From NCBI GenBank assembly GCA_037925075.1, contig JAXSNR010000002.1, positions 480,001 through 544,000 on the forward strand: DNA of 64,000 nt, read 5' to 3'. The DNA comes from Aquificaceae bacterium. Lineage in GTDB: Bacteria; Aquificota; Aquificia; Aquificales; Aquificaceae. Under the pieces are notes generated by a model. The model did no database searches. It was not told the DNA's origin and worked only from the letters and a program-made list of their open reading frames with translations. The position numbers and the translations under genes are program-made. Positions 53,164 through 63,436 of the stretch are shown here, piece after piece (the stretch's first letter is position 1; each line of letters opens with the position of its first letter).

Positions 53164-55131
53164 ATGGATGGATTAAACCCTTCTCAGAGGAGGGCGGTTT
53201 TACATTTTGGAAGACCCCTACTTATCGTCGCTGGTGCGGGCTCGGGTAAAACAAAAACCTTGGCTCACAAGGTGGAGTTTCTCATAAAAGAAAAGGGCAT
53301 ACCACCGGAGAAAATCCTTGCCATTACCTTTACCAACAAGGCTGGAAGGGAGATAAGGGAAAGGGTAAAAAAGGTTGTGAGTGTTGAACTTCCTTGGGCT
53401 GGTACCTTTCATTCCGTGGCTTTGAAGTTATTAAGGACAAAGGCCAAAGAGATAGGTATAAACTCCCACTTTAGCATCCTCTCTGAAGGAGATAGGAACC
53501 AACTTATAAAAAGGCTTGCCCAGTCTTTGCAGGTAAAGCCAGAAAGCCTAAAATCCTACATGGCGGATAGACTTGAAGACCTAAAGGAGCCTTATGACCA
53601 AAGGCTTGAAGCCCTTATGGAAGAATACCTTTCCCTTCTTAAGGAGATGAACCTTTTGGACTTTAGCGGTCTTATGTGGTATGCAAAACTGCTTCTTGAA
53701 AAGCAACCCCATATAAAGAACTTTTTTGACTTTATTCTGGTGGATGAGTTTCAGGATACCAACACGGTGCAGTACGAAATAATAAAACTTTTGGCAAGGG
53801 AAAACATATGCGTGGTGGGAGACCCAAACCAGTGTATATACGAATGGAGGTATGCAAGACCTGACAACATACTTCGCTTTAAAGAGGGCTTCAACCCAGA
53901 TGTGATAAAGCTTGAGTACAACTACAGGTCCACAACTTACATAATCCATGTGGCAAACGCGGTGCTTTCCGCCTCCTCCGCAGAGTGGAAGGACCTAATT
54001 CCCATACTTAAACCCACAAAGCAAGAGGGAGAAAAGCCCACGGTCAGAAGGTTTGAAAGGGTAGAGGAGGAGGCGGTTTGGATTGCGACAAAGATAAAGG
54101 ACCTGCTCCAAAGCTACAAACCATCGCAGATAGCCATACTGGTAAGGGTAGGATACATAACAGAAAGCATTGAAAGGGCTTTGGTAAGCATGAAAATACC
54201 CTACAGGGTAGTGGGTGCGGTGAGGTTTTTTGAAAGGGCGGAGATAAAAGACGCCTTGAGCTTTTTCCGGGTGCTTTTAAACCCTAAGGACTCTCTTAAC
54301 TTTTCAAGGGCTTTGCAGATTGCCACAAGGGGCATAGGTGAAAAGACTGTTGAGATGGTAGTCAAAGAAGGGAAAGGCAACTGTCTTGCGGGAGCTCAAG
54401 CTCTTCTCAAAAGCCTTCCACAAGCAAAAGCGACAGAGCTTTATACCTTCCTTCAAAGGCTTTCAAGACTTTACAAGAACCTTGAGAACTACCCACAAGC
54501 ACTCGAAGAGTTTCTAAGAGAGATAGACTTCTGGCAGTACCTTACGGAAAGCTACAAGGATGCGGAAGAAAGGGAAGAAAACCTTAAAGAACTTCTGAGA
54601 TACCTAAGGCAGAAGCATTCAGAAGGTTATAGCTTGAGTGATGTGATTGAGGAGGTGGATTTTCTCACAGACAAGGAGGAAGAGGAAGGCTCTGTAAGGA
54701 TAATGACCATACACGCCAGCAAGGGATTGGAGTTTGATGCGGTCTTCCTTCCAAGACTAGAAGAAGGCATACTACCCCATGAGAGGGCAAAGGATAGTAA
54801 TGAGGAGTTAGAAGAAGAACTAAGACTTTTCTATGTTGCCATAACAAGGGCAAAGGATCTGCTCTTTATGAGCTACACGAGAGCATCAAAGCCAAGCAGG
54901 TTCCTTTCTCTTATTCCCAAAAGCCTCCTTGACCTTTCCGCCTTTGTAAAGAAGAAAACCAGTTATATGCCAGAGTTAAAAAGCCTAAAAGCCTTTAAGG
55001 TGGGTGATAGAGTAAGGCATGAGCTTTTTGGAGAGGGGGTAGTAATCGCCCTTGAGGATTCAAAGGCTGTGGTGGAGTTTGAAAGAGGTAGAAAGACCAT
55101 ACACACAGCCTTTTTAAAGCCTGTGGTATAA
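53164..55131 (+). CDS. uvrD: UvrD/PcrA ATP-dependent DNA helicase
   Basis: AGAGSGKT, VDEFQDTN, VGDPNQ.IY.WR, NYRS, TIHASKGLEF, RLFYVAITRA. Confidence 0.93.
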   Translation: MDGLNPSQRRAVLHFGRPLLIVAGAGSGKTKTLAHKVEFLIKEKGIPPEKILAITFTNKAGREIRERVKKVVSVELPWAGTFHSVALKLLRTKAKEIGINSHFSILSEGDRNQLIKRLAQSLQVKPESLKSYMADRLEDLKEPYDQRLEALMEEYLSLLKEMNLLDFSGLMWYAKLLLEKQPHIKNFFDFILVDEFQDTNTVQYEIIKLLARENICVVGDPNQCIYEWRYARPDNILRFKEGFNPDVIKLEYNYRSTTYIIHVANAVLSASSAEWKDLIPILKPTKQEGEKPTVRRFERVEEEAVWIATKIKDLLQSYKPSQIAILVRVGYITESIERALVSMKIPYRVVGAVRFFERAEIKDALSFFRVLLNPKDSLNFSRALQIATRGIGEKTVEMVVKEGKGNCLAGAQALLKSLPQAKATELYTFLQRLSRLYKNLENYPQALEEFLREIDFWQYLTESYKDAEEREENLKELLRYLRQKHSEGYSLSDVIEEVDFLTDKEEEEGSVRIMTIHASKGLEFDAVFLPRLEEGILPHERAKDSNEELEEELRLFYVAITRAKDLLFMSYTRASKPSRFLSLIPKSLLDLSAFVKKKTSYMPELKSLKAFKVGDRVRHELFGEGVVIALEDSKAVVEFERGRKTIHTAFLKPVV

Positions 55132-55138
55132 TTAAGGC

Positions 55139-55840
55139 ATGCAAACAAAGGTTGCTTGGAGTATCACCCATCAGGAGTTCACCATAACCGACTACTACTA
55201 CTTTTCCATACTACAAAGGGAGGCGGAAAAGAGAGATCTTATAATTCATGAAGTGGATAACTGGGACAAGCTTTCAGAGTATCATACCATAGTCTTTAAC
55301 TATCCAGAAATTCCCTTTACCGAAAAGGAGGCTCAGGATGTGGAAAGATGGGTTTGGGAGGAGGGCAAAAAGGTTATTCTTCTTGGCTACTATAAAAACG
55401 AAGACCATATTGCCGACACTTGCAACACCCTTGCCAGAAGGTTCGGTATGGAGCTAAACCCTGACGAGATCACAGACGAGATAAATAACCATGAAGGTGA
55501 CAAGTATTTTGTGGTTACCTCAAAGATTAGAAGGTATAACGAAAAGGTAAATCGTATAATGCTTGCCTGTAGTGCTTCGGTAAAGCCTCTTATGCCAGAC
55601 ATAAAGGTGGTGGTGCGTGCGGAAGATACCGCCGAATCCAACATGGGAAACTACACCCTTTTGATAGCGGAGCAGATAGCACCCACAAGCGGTGGATACT
55701 TTTGCCTTGCAGGCACCTGCGTCTTTTGGGACAACTATTCTATTAACCTTTATGACAACCTTGAGTTTTCCATAAACCTTTTGAGGCACACTTCAAAGCT
55801 TAAGGTAGAAGGTGGGAAGCAGGTAATCTTAGAAATCTAA
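55139..55840 (+). CDS. Hypothetical protein, GIFT (GldG/IFT52)-like domain
   Basis: H.E..Y, P..PF...E...V..WV...G..V.L.G, N.LA..FG pattern; no signal peptide. Confidence 0.5.
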   Translation: MQTKVAWSITHQEFTITDYYYFSILQREAEKRDLIIHEVDNWDKLSEYHTIVFNYPEIPFTEKEAQDVERWVWEEGKKVILLGYYKNEDHIADTCNTLARRFGMELNPDEITDEINNHEGDKYFVVTSKIRRYNEKVNRIMLACSASVKPLMPDIKVVVRAEDTAESNMGNYTLLIAEQIAPTSGGYFCLAGTCVFWDNYSINLYDNLEFSINLLRHTSKLKVEGGKQVILEI

Positions 55841-55866
55841 AAGACCTTTTAAAGAGGAGGGATATT

Positions 55867-56808
55867 ATGGATGCCTTTGATATGTTGGAGGAGTTTCCCA
55901 AGCAGTTTAGCAGGGTGGAGTGCCAAAGGGTTTCTCTTGAAGACTATGCGGGCGTAGTCTTTAGCGGTATGGGAGGCTCTGGGATTGTGGGAGATTTTAT
56001 GAGGCTCTTTCTCAAAAGCGAAAAGCCCGTTCTTTCTATAAAGGGCTACAATTTGCCGGCTTTTGTAAAGAGGGATTGGCTCTTGGTATGCACCAGCTAC
56101 AGCGGAAACACAGAAGAAACCATAAGCGTCCTTGAAGAGGCACTCAGTAGAGGTCTAAAACCTATATGCGTTAGCTCCGGCGGAAGATTAAGGGAGATAG
56201 CGGAAAAGGAGGGCCTTATACACATCCCACTCCCTAAGGGCTATCCACCAAGGTATGCATTCGGCTTTATGCTCTCAGCCCTTTTTTGTCTTTTTGGTAT
56301 GGCTGATTCAGTAGATAGGCTAAGGGAACACTTAACCAACCATAAGGAGGAAATAAAGAGGGAGGCTAAAAATATAGCTCAGTTCATGTTCACCTACATG
56401 CCCATAGTCTATGGCACACCCCTTACAGAGCCAGTAGCTTACCGATGGAAAACCCAGATAAACGAGAACGCAAAAACCCTATGCTACAACGCCTTCCTTC
56501 CAGAGATGCATCACAACGAAGTGGTGGGCTTAGACAACCCACAGATAAGGAATCTATGCACCTTTGTCCTTCTTTATGACCCACAGGACCACGAAAGGGT
56601 CCTAAAAAGAGTAGATATAACCCGCCAGATCTTTGAGGAACTGGGTATGGTCCTCAAGGTCCTTTCTGGAAAGGGTGAAAGCCTACCCGAAAGGCTCTTA
56701 TATCTTACCTACCTTGGAGACTGGGTAAGCCTGTATTTGGCTGAGATATACCAACAGGACCCAATTTCAATAGAGGTTATAGACTTTATCAAAAAAAGCT
56801 TGGCTTGA
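55867..56808 (+). CDS. Bifunctional phosphoglucose/phosphomannose isomerase
   Basis: GMGGSG, SYSGNTEET, SSGG.L, PR, RWK.QINENAK, PEMHHNE. Confidence 0.93.
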   Translation: MDAFDMLEEFPKQFSRVECQRVSLEDYAGVVFSGMGGSGIVGDFMRLFLKSEKPVLSIKGYNLPAFVKRDWLLVCTSYSGNTEETISVLEEALSRGLKPICVSSGGRLREIAEKEGLIHIPLPKGYPPRYAFGFMLSALFCLFGMADSVDRLREHLTNHKEEIKREAKNIAQFMFTYMPIVYGTPLTEPVAYRWKTQINENAKTLCYNAFLPEMHHNEVVGLDNPQIRNLCTFVLLYDPQDHERVLKRVDITRQIFEELGMVLKVLSGKGESLPERLLYLTYLGDWVSLYLAEIYQQDPISIEVIDFIKKSLA

Positions 56809-57177
56809 CCCATTTTGATTGTAGGTTGGTATTCCACATAAATCAGAACCTTGATACGTCTTGATGTGTAATGCTTCTTCCTTTTTCCTCCTTGTGTACT
56901 ATCTTGATCCAGCATTAGGAATATTTCCTGTGCAAATTTTTTAGACGCTTTTGCCAATCTCAGATCCCAGCTAAAACATCCTTGTATCTAAACCACCCTT
57001 CCCTTTCTCCTCCCCTTTGAAGTCAGGTTAGTGTGTCAGACAAGTAGACCACAAAGCAAGCCCAAACAAACCCCTACTCATACCTAAACCAATCAACAGG
57101 AAGACAAGAAGGACAAGCACTTGCCTTTGCCTTCCTTTTCCCTGCGGTCAATTAATTTGAACTTATAATATACATGC

Positions 57178-58089
57178 ATGGCTTTGGACTGGCTTATCTT
57201 CGGTTCAGTTGTTTTCATCGCCCTTTTCCTTGACCTTTTTGTCTTCCACAGACATCCTCATAAGATATCTCTAAAAGAAGCTCTCTTGCTTTCTACCTTT
57301 TGGATAGCCTTAGGGCTTGCCTTTGGAGTTTTTGTTTATTACGACAGGGGCTACGACAGGGCGGTGGAATACTTCACAGGCTACCTTCTTGAAAAGGCTT
57401 TGAGCCTTGACAATATTTTCGTCTTTATCCTCATATTTTCCTACTTTAAAATACCTGAAGAGTTTAGGCATAAGGTACTTTTCTGGGGAGTGCTTGGTGC
57501 AATCCTCTTTAGAGCCATCTTTATCTTCGCTGGCCTTGAGCTCATAAAAAACTTCCACTGGATGGTCTATGTATTTGGAATAATCCTAATTGTATCCGCC
57601 ATAAAGCTTCTTATCACAGAGGAAAAGGAATTTCATCCAGAGCAAACCCTTATATACAGAATTGCCAGTCGTATAATCCCTCTCAAACCGCATAATGGAA
57701 ATGGTAGGTTTTTTATAAGGGAAAAGGGCAAGGTCTATGCGACGCCCATGTTCCTTACCCTTCTGTTTGTAGAAAGCTCAGACATCATGTTTGCCATAGA
57801 CTCGGTGCCTGCCATAATTGCCATTTCAAAGGATCCATTTGTGGTTTATACTTCCAACATCTTTGCCATACTTGGGCTTAGGTCTCTTTACTTTGCGGCG
57901 GCTGGTGTGCTTCCCCTATTTCACTATCTTCACTACGGGCTTTCTTTTATCTTGGGCTTTATAGGGGTGAAGATGATAGTGTCTGAGTTCTACAAAATAC
58001 CGGTGGAGGTGTCCTTGCTCCTTATAGGCAGTGCCATCTTTCTGTCGGTAGTCGCTTCTCTCTTGGTTAAGAAGCCTTCCAATGGTTAA
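57178..58089 (+). CDS. TerC/Alx family membrane protein
   Basis: GY.LEK.LS.DN.FVF, D..FA.DS.PA, SNIFAILGLRSLYF. Confidence 0.92.
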   Translation: MALDWLIFGSVVFIALFLDLFVFHRHPHKISLKEALLLSTFWIALGLAFGVFVYYDRGYDRAVEYFTGYLLEKALSLDNIFVFILIFSYFKIPEEFRHKVLFWGVLGAILFRAIFIFAGLELIKNFHWMVYVFGIILIVSAIKLLITEEKEFHPEQTLIYRIASRIIPLKPHNGNGRFFIREKGKVYATPMFLTLLFVESSDIMFAIDSVPAIIAISKDPFVVYTSNIFAILGLRSLYFAAAGVLPLFHYLHYGLSFILGFIGVKMIVSEFYKIPVEVSLLLIGSAIFLSVVASLLVKKPSNG

Positions 58090-59206
58090 ACTTCTTCAGG
58101 TGGTGGATGGAGTTGGCTGGGGAGGGACAAAGGAGCAAACCTACCTGATAACGAGGGAGCTTTCTTTGAGAGGTCTTGAGGTGCATATGGCCTTGTCCTT
58201 CCAGTACGAGCTTATGGTAAAAAAGTTAAAGGACTATCCAGTTAAGATTCATTTCTTTGAAAACCACAACAAGCTTTCAAGGTTCAATCCCGCCAATTAC
58301 TACAGGCTATGGAAGCTATTGAAAGAGGACTTTCATATAGTTATAGCCAACTCTCCCCATGCCCTTGACTTTGTAAGGGCGGCGTTAGCCTTTTTGAGAA
58401 AAAAGCCAAAAGTGATAGCCTACAAGAGGACAGGCAGGGGTTCAAGCCCTCTTTCAAAAAGGTTTAAGTACTCGGTGGCGGACAGGATCGTGGTGGTGGA
58501 TAAGACCACCTTTGAAAAGCTAAAAAAAGAAAACTTCTTTCCAGAAAGGCTTGTGTATATACCCAGTGGGCTTGACCTTGAGAGGTTCAGACCCTTAGGA
58601 AAAGAAAAAGCTCTACAGAAAAGAAAAGAGCTTGGAATAGAGCCAAACAAAAGGGTCTTTATAAAGGTAGCCAACTGGAACCCAGAACACAAGGGACAGC
58701 CTCTTCTCATAGAGGCTTTTTCAAGAGTGAATTGTCCTGACTGTATGCTTCTTTTGGTAGGTTTGGGAACAGAGGTGCATGCAATAGAATACGCAGAAAG
58801 GTATGGGCTAAAGGGTAGGCTAATAGGCCTTGGCTTTAGGGAAGATATCCCAGAGCTTTTGAATATGGCTGACTACTTTGTTTTTTCCTCTTACTTTGAG
58901 GGTATTGCGGGTGCAGTGCTTCAGGCTATGGCGTGCGGAAAGGTGGTAATATCTACCTTGGCGGGTGGTATAAGGGATTACCTTGTGGATGGTGAAAATG
59001 GCTTTGCTGTGCCCGTGGGAGACTTAGAGGGTCTTGTGCAAAAGATAAGGCTCGTGCTAAACATGTCAGAAGAGGACCTAAAACCCATAAGAGAAAAAGC
59101 CATACAAACCGCTCAAAGCTACTCTATAAAAAGAACCGCAGACCTTTATATGGAGCTCTTCAAGGAGCTGTTGGGTTTATCCTCAAGCCTTCAAAGTAGT
59201 CCATAA
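58082..59206 (+). CDS. Glycosyltransferase family 4
   Basis: WGG.., HKGQ, GFREDI, SS.FEG..GA.LQAMACG. Confidence 0.9.
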   Translation: MVKLLQVVDGVGWGGTKEQTYLITRELSLRGLEVHMALSFQYELMVKKLKDYPVKIHFFENHNKLSRFNPANYYRLWKLLKEDFHIVIANSPHALDFVRAALAFLRKKPKVIAYKRTGRGSSPLSKRFKYSVADRIVVVDKTTFEKLKKENFFPERLVYIPSGLDLERFRPLGKEKALQKRKELGIEPNKRVFIKVANWNPEHKGQPLLIEAFSRVNCPDCMLLLVGLGTEVHAIEYAERYGLKGRLIGLGFREDIPELLNMADYFVFSSYFEGIAGAVLQAMACGKVVISTLAGGIRDYLVDGENGFAVPVGDLEGLVQKIRLVLNMSEEDLKPIREKAIQTAQSYSIKRTADLYMELFKELLGLSSSLQSSP

Positions 59207-60035
59207 AGGTTTTGTTTATGTAAAGGCTACCATCCTTGAAAAGAAGAAGAAGACCAACGTGTGGGTTTTCCTTCAGAAACCTTTCCCTCTCTTGGTCATC
59301 CATGGCAAGCAAGGCGGTTTCTATCGCATCGGTTATGGTGCAATCATGGTATGCGACCGTCACCTGAAGTAGGCTGTTTTCCTTTCCAAGGATATGCCTT
59401 CTTAAGTAGTTGCCACCCGTTGAAAGGCAAAGGTCCCTTGCATTTAACCCTTCCGCAAGGATTTGGTTGTTTATAGGGTTAAAAACTGCAAGAAGCCTTT
59501 TATGTCCCCAAACCTTGAGGTCTCCCGCTATGGAGACAAAGCCCCAGTCTGTTTTTAGCCTTTCATAGACCTTTTGCACCGCATAGCCTTTGCCTATGCC
59601 TCCAAGGTCTATGGCCATGCCCTCCTCCAAAAGACAAACCTTGTTTCCTTCAATTCCTACCTTTCTGTAGTCTATTAACCTTGTAGCTTCTTCCTCCTTC
59701 AAAAGCCCCTTTCTTTTGTGGTTTATGGTGTAGCTACCCACCGTTATATCAAAGGCACCTCCCGTTTGCTTTGAGACCTCAAGGGACTTTTTTATGACTT
59801 CAAGGGTTTCCTCAGAGACCTTCACACAGCCCTTTCCCGCTTTTTGGTTTATAAGAGAGACCTCAGAGGTATCCATGTAATCAGAAAGCTTTTCTTCAAG
59901 GCTTTTCATGTACCTGTAGGCTTGGTATTCCTTGCCATCGGGAAGTTCAATGAGGGCGTAAGTACCCATAAGATGAAAAAGCTTCTCCTGAGAAAAGGCA
60001 AGGACTATAGCAAACAAAAGAGTAAAAAGTTTCAC
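59160..60035 (-). CDS. apbE: FAD:protein FMN transferase
   Basis: MGT, SEVS.IN, GAFDIT, DLGGIGKGY. Confidence 0.9.
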   Translation of the reverse strand: MKLFTLLFAIVLAFSQEKLFHLMGTYALIELPDGKEYQAYRYMKSLEEKLSDYMDTSEVSLINQKAGKGCVKVSEETLEVIKKSLEVSKQTGGAFDITVGSYTINHKRKGLLKEEEATRLIDYRKVGIEGNKVCLLEEGMAIDLGGIGKGYAVQKVYERLKTDWGFVSIAGDLKVWGHKRLLAVFNPINNQILAEGLNARDLCLSTGGNYLRRHILGKENSLLQVTVAYHDCTITDAIETALLAMDDQERERFLKENPHVGLLLLFKDGSLYINKTFMDYFEGLRINPTAP

Positions 60036-60664
60036 CTTTTTCGCTGTTTTTTGGGCTTTTGCGGTTCTGATGCCTTTTGCTCTTCTATAGAAACCTTCAC
60101 CTCAAAGTCCTTTAGGACAACTCTTGCGGGTTTTGCCTTTCCATCTTCAAAGACAAAGCTTAGCATGGGGTGTCCTTGAAGTTCGGAGGACAGGCTTTCA
60201 TCAACCAAGATACCGTTTAAAAAGCCCATGGCAAGAAGTGAGGGCTGAAGCGCTATACTTGGCTTTTTCTGGTAGCTTAGGACCCTTTTTAGGTCTTGGT
60301 TAAACTGAGTTTGAACCTCCTCATGAGGCCTTTCTCCAAAGTATGCCATATATACATGGAAAGGCTTGAGAAGTTTTAGCCTCTCTTCAAGTCCCTCTCC
60401 ACCCTTTATGTAATAGGCTTCCAATCCGAGGGTTTTCAAAGATGCGACAAGGGACGCGGAAAAAAGAGCACAAAGGTCGGAGGTTTCCATATAGACCACC
60501 GCTATGCGGTTGTATCCCATACTTTTAAGCTGTTTGGCTATTTCTACGCTGGCGTTTATGCGTGAGTTTGCCCTCTCGGGTACAAGAAAGGGGTTTACCT
60601 GCTGAGCAAAGGATAAAACACCAAAAGATAAAAGGAAACTAATTACAAGTATGTGTTTTTTCAT
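60032..60664 (-). CDS. Exported hypothetical protein
   Basis: Signal peptide; alpha/beta pattern (RIAVVY) resembling periplasmic binding proteins; overlaps apbE start. Confidence 0.6.
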   Translation of the reverse strand: MKKHILVISFLLSFGVLSFAQQVNPFLVPERANSRINASVEIAKQLKSMGYNRIAVVYMETSDLCALFSASLVASLKTLGLEAYYIKGGEGLEERLKLLKPFHVYMAYFGERPHEEVQTQFNQDLKRVLSYQKKPSIALQPSLLAMGFLNGILVDESLSSELQGHPMLSFVFEDGKAKPARVVLKDFEVKVSIEEQKASEPQKPKKQRKR

Positions 60665-60681
60665 GGGTTTTATTATAATAC

Positions 60682-60930
60682 ATGCCTGTGAAAGACTTTA
60701 AAGAAAAGCTCAAAAGACTGGAAAGGCTTTCCCTTGACCCTTTCAACCCAGAACCTTTGAGGGAAGCGCTGGAGGATATTTTGAAAAAAGCTCCAGAACT
60801 GAGCAAAGAAGAACAAAAGGAGCTTGCGGTTTTTCTCCAAGACCTTAAAAAACGTATTGAAGAAAACTACAACCTATGCTTTGGATGGATGGAAGAGGTG
60901 CTTAAAAGGGGCTTTAGGAGGGAGGTATGA
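60682..60930 (+). CDS. Small helical hypothetical protein
   Basis: 82 aa charged helical ORF coupled to the next gene (ATGA overlap). Confidence 0.65.
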   Translation: MPVKDFKEKLKRLERLSLDPFNPEPLREALEDILKKAPELSKEEQKELAVFLQDLKKRIEENYNLCFGWMEEVLKRGFRREV

Positions 60931-62057
60931 GCCTTTTTGCAATTTTTATACTCCTTAGCTTTTCCTTTGCCATCGAAAGGGCTTTTATAAACGAACAGTC
61001 CTACAGGCTAATAGACTACATGAAGAGGATAGAGGAGTTTCCAAAAAGCTTAAATGGAAGCCAAGTAAGAGAGTGGATAACTCAGGATAAGCTTCCAGAG
61101 GGTAAGCTTTTTATAGAAAACAGGGCTTTTACAGAGGAGGATTTTGAAAGGTTTATAGAGGAGGCTAACCTTTCCGCAATACCAGAGGAGGTTTCCGTGC
61201 TTTACGGATGGACCCTCAGAAGAACCCGCATGCGCATGTATCCAAGCCATGCGACGGTCCACAAGGGAAGCCCAAAGATAGATTACAATCAGTACACCCT
61301 TCTTGAGCCCTTTACTCCTTTGGCTATACTTCACAGGTCAAAAAGCGGAAAATGGCTATACGTGCATGCACCCTACATGAGGGGTTGGGTGGAGGAAAAG
61401 GATGTGCTTTTTGTGGATAGGCAGGAGCTTTTAAAGGTAATTGGCATGCCCTTTTTGGTGGTGGCTACTGGAAAGATAAATGTGGGTGGTGTAGTCTTTG
61501 GACTTGGCTCAAGTCTGTACTACGAAGAGAAGAGAGGGAACCTGTATAAAGTACTTCTTCCAGATGGAAAAAGGCTTTGGATAAAAGGGGGTAAGGAGTT
61601 TACGGAGGGTTATGAAAGCTTTTCGGAAGAGAGAGCAAAAGCCATACTTGACAAGCTTTTGGGAGAGCCCTACGATTGGGGTGGAAAAGAGGGCAGATGG
61701 GACTGCTCTTCTTTAGTGCAAAGCCTTTATAGAGTATTTGGGCTTGAGCTTCCAAGAAACTCCTCACAGCAGGCACAGATTGGCAGGCTTGTGGCGAAAA
61801 ACTTTGAAAGCTATGAGGAGCTAAAGGAAACACTTAAAGAACTACCTTCCTTTAGGACGCTTCTTTTCATGAGGGGTCATGTGATGATATACGGGGGCTT
61901 TGAGGGGGACCAGCCTGTAATCTACCATGCGGTCCATACCCTAAAGGGAGAGGACGGCTCAAAATGGTATGTGAATGCGGTGCACAAAAACCTTTTGGAA
62001 AGGGACAGACTTAGAAATATACACAGGTCAATCCTTGCGGTAAGAGTGCTTGATTAG
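60927..62057 (+). CDS. SH3-domain NlpC/P60 (C40) peptidase
   Basis: LH.S..G.W SH3-like segment, PY.WGG...DCS, LPRNS..Q, GHVM. Confidence 0.9.
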   Translation: MSLFAIFILLSFSFAIERAFINEQSYRLIDYMKRIEEFPKSLNGSQVREWITQDKLPEGKLFIENRAFTEEDFERFIEEANLSAIPEEVSVLYGWTLRRTRMRMYPSHATVHKGSPKIDYNQYTLLEPFTPLAILHRSKSGKWLYVHAPYMRGWVEEKDVLFVDRQELLKVIGMPFLVVATGKINVGGVVFGLGSSLYYEEKRGNLYKVLLPDGKRLWIKGGKEFTEGYESFSEERAKAILDKLLGEPYDWGGKEGRWDCSSLVQSLYRVFGLELPRNSSQQAQIGRLVAKNFESYEELKETLKELPSFRTLLFMRGHVMIYGGFEGDQPVIYHAVHTLKGEDGSKWYVNAVHKNLLERDRLRNIHRSILAVRVLD

Positions 62058-63436
62058 AGTTCAAGAACTTCACCCATTTCGGGTATATGATAGCTTAGAC
62101 CCAACTTTTCTCTCAGTGCCTCGCTGAAGACCTTCATCTTTTCCTCTTCTCCGTGTATAAGAAACACTTTGCTTGGTTTGCCTGAATAGGATAGCCATTC
62201 AAGAAGACATTGTTGATCCGCATGGGAGGAAAAGCCGTTTATGGTAAAGACCTTTGCCCTGACCGCAATCTCCTCTCCGAATATTCTTACGCTTTCCGTA
62301 CCCTCTATTATCCTTCTCCCCAGAGTTCCCTTAGGTTGATAGCCCACAAAAACAAGCGCACACTCTTCACGCCAGAGGTTGTACTTAAGATGGTGAAGAA
62401 CCCTTCCTCCGTTAAGCATGCCAGAGCCTGCTATTATAACCGCTCCAGAGCTTATGGAGTTTATGGCTTTTGACTCTTCTACCTCCTTTGTGTAGTGAAG
62501 GTTTGGAAGCTCAAAGGGGTTTTTCTCCAAAAAGACCTTATAAGTTTCCCTGTCATAAAACTCTGGATGTGAGGCAAAAAGCCTCGTTATGCTTATGGCT
62601 AATGGGCTGTCAAGGAAGATTTCACACTTTGGAAGCCTACCCTCTTCATAGAACTCCCTTAGCACATAAAGTATCTCCTGAGCCCTCTCAAGGGCATAAG
62701 AGGGAATTATCACATTGCCACCTCTACCAATGGCATACTCAATAGCCTCAAGTAGCTCCTCCTTTGACTCTTCAAAGCTTTTGTGATTTCTGTCTCCGTA
62801 GGTGGTCTCTATAAAGAGGTAGTCTGCGGGGGAAGGAGCTTCTGGGTCATGAACTATGGGCTTGTTTTTGTTGCCAAGGTCTCCAGAAAAGATCACTCTC
62901 TTGTGCCTTTTGTCCTCATAGACTTCTAACTCCACAAAGGCGGATCCAAGAATATGACCAGAGTCTCTAAGCCTTAGGCTAACACCTTTGGAAAGCCTGT
63001 ACTCTTGTCCGTAGGCAAGCCTTATTTTGAAAAGCTCCATGGCTTCCAAAACATCGTACTCTTCATAAAGTGGTGGCTCTGGGACTTTGCCTGTTCTTTG
63101 AAGCTTTTTCAAAGCGGTTTTGTAGTTTTCGTACATGACCTTACTGGCATCAAGGAGCATAAGCCTTGATAGCTTGGCGGTGGGCTCCGTGGATATTATC
63201 TTTCCTTTGAAGCCTTCTTTTACCAAAAGGGGTATTCTTCCGCAGTGGTCTATGTGGGCATGGGTAAGCACAAGGTAATCTATTTCTCTTGGGTCAAAGG
63301 GAAAGGGCTCATGGTTTTTCTTTTCTTCAAGACCCTGAAACAGCCCACAGTCCACAAGAAGCCTTACATCCCTCGCCTCCACATAAAAACAGCTACCGGT
63401 TACCGTTTTTGCACCGCCGTAGGGTATGACCTTCAT
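62054..63436 (-). CDS. MBL-fold beta-CASP ribonuclease
   Basis: VTGSC, THAHIDH.G, GHILGS, SGDLG, ETTYG.R, FSSHAD. Confidence 0.92.
   Translation of the reverse strand: MKVIPYGGAKTVTGSCFYVEARDVRLLVDCGLFQGLEEKKNHEPFPFDPREIDYLVLTHAHIDHCGRIPLLVKEGFKGKIISTEPTAKLSRLMLLDASKVMYENYKTALKKLQRTGKVPEPPLYEEYDVLEAMELFKIRLAYGQEYRLSKGVSLRLRDSGHILGSAFVELEVYEDKRHKRVIFSGDLGNKNKPIVHDPEAPSPADYLFIETTYGDRNHKSFEESKEELLEAIEYAIGRGGNVIIPSYALERAQEILYVLREFYEEGRLPKCEIFLDSPLAISITRLFASHPEFYDRETYKVFLEKNPFELPNLHYTKEVEESKAINSISSGAVIIAGSGMLNGGRVLHHLKYNLWREECALVFVGYQPKGTLGRRIIEGTESVRIFGEEIAVRAKVFTINGFSSHADQQCLLEWLSYSGKPSKVFLIHGEEEKMKVFSEALREKLGLSYHIPEMGEVLEL

Noticed and set aside
56809..57177. yybP-ykoY manganese riboswitch upstream of terC
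   Set aside because: No GGGGAGUAG-type start or matching closing helix on the + strand; TATAAT 8 nt before the ATG suggests almost no leader
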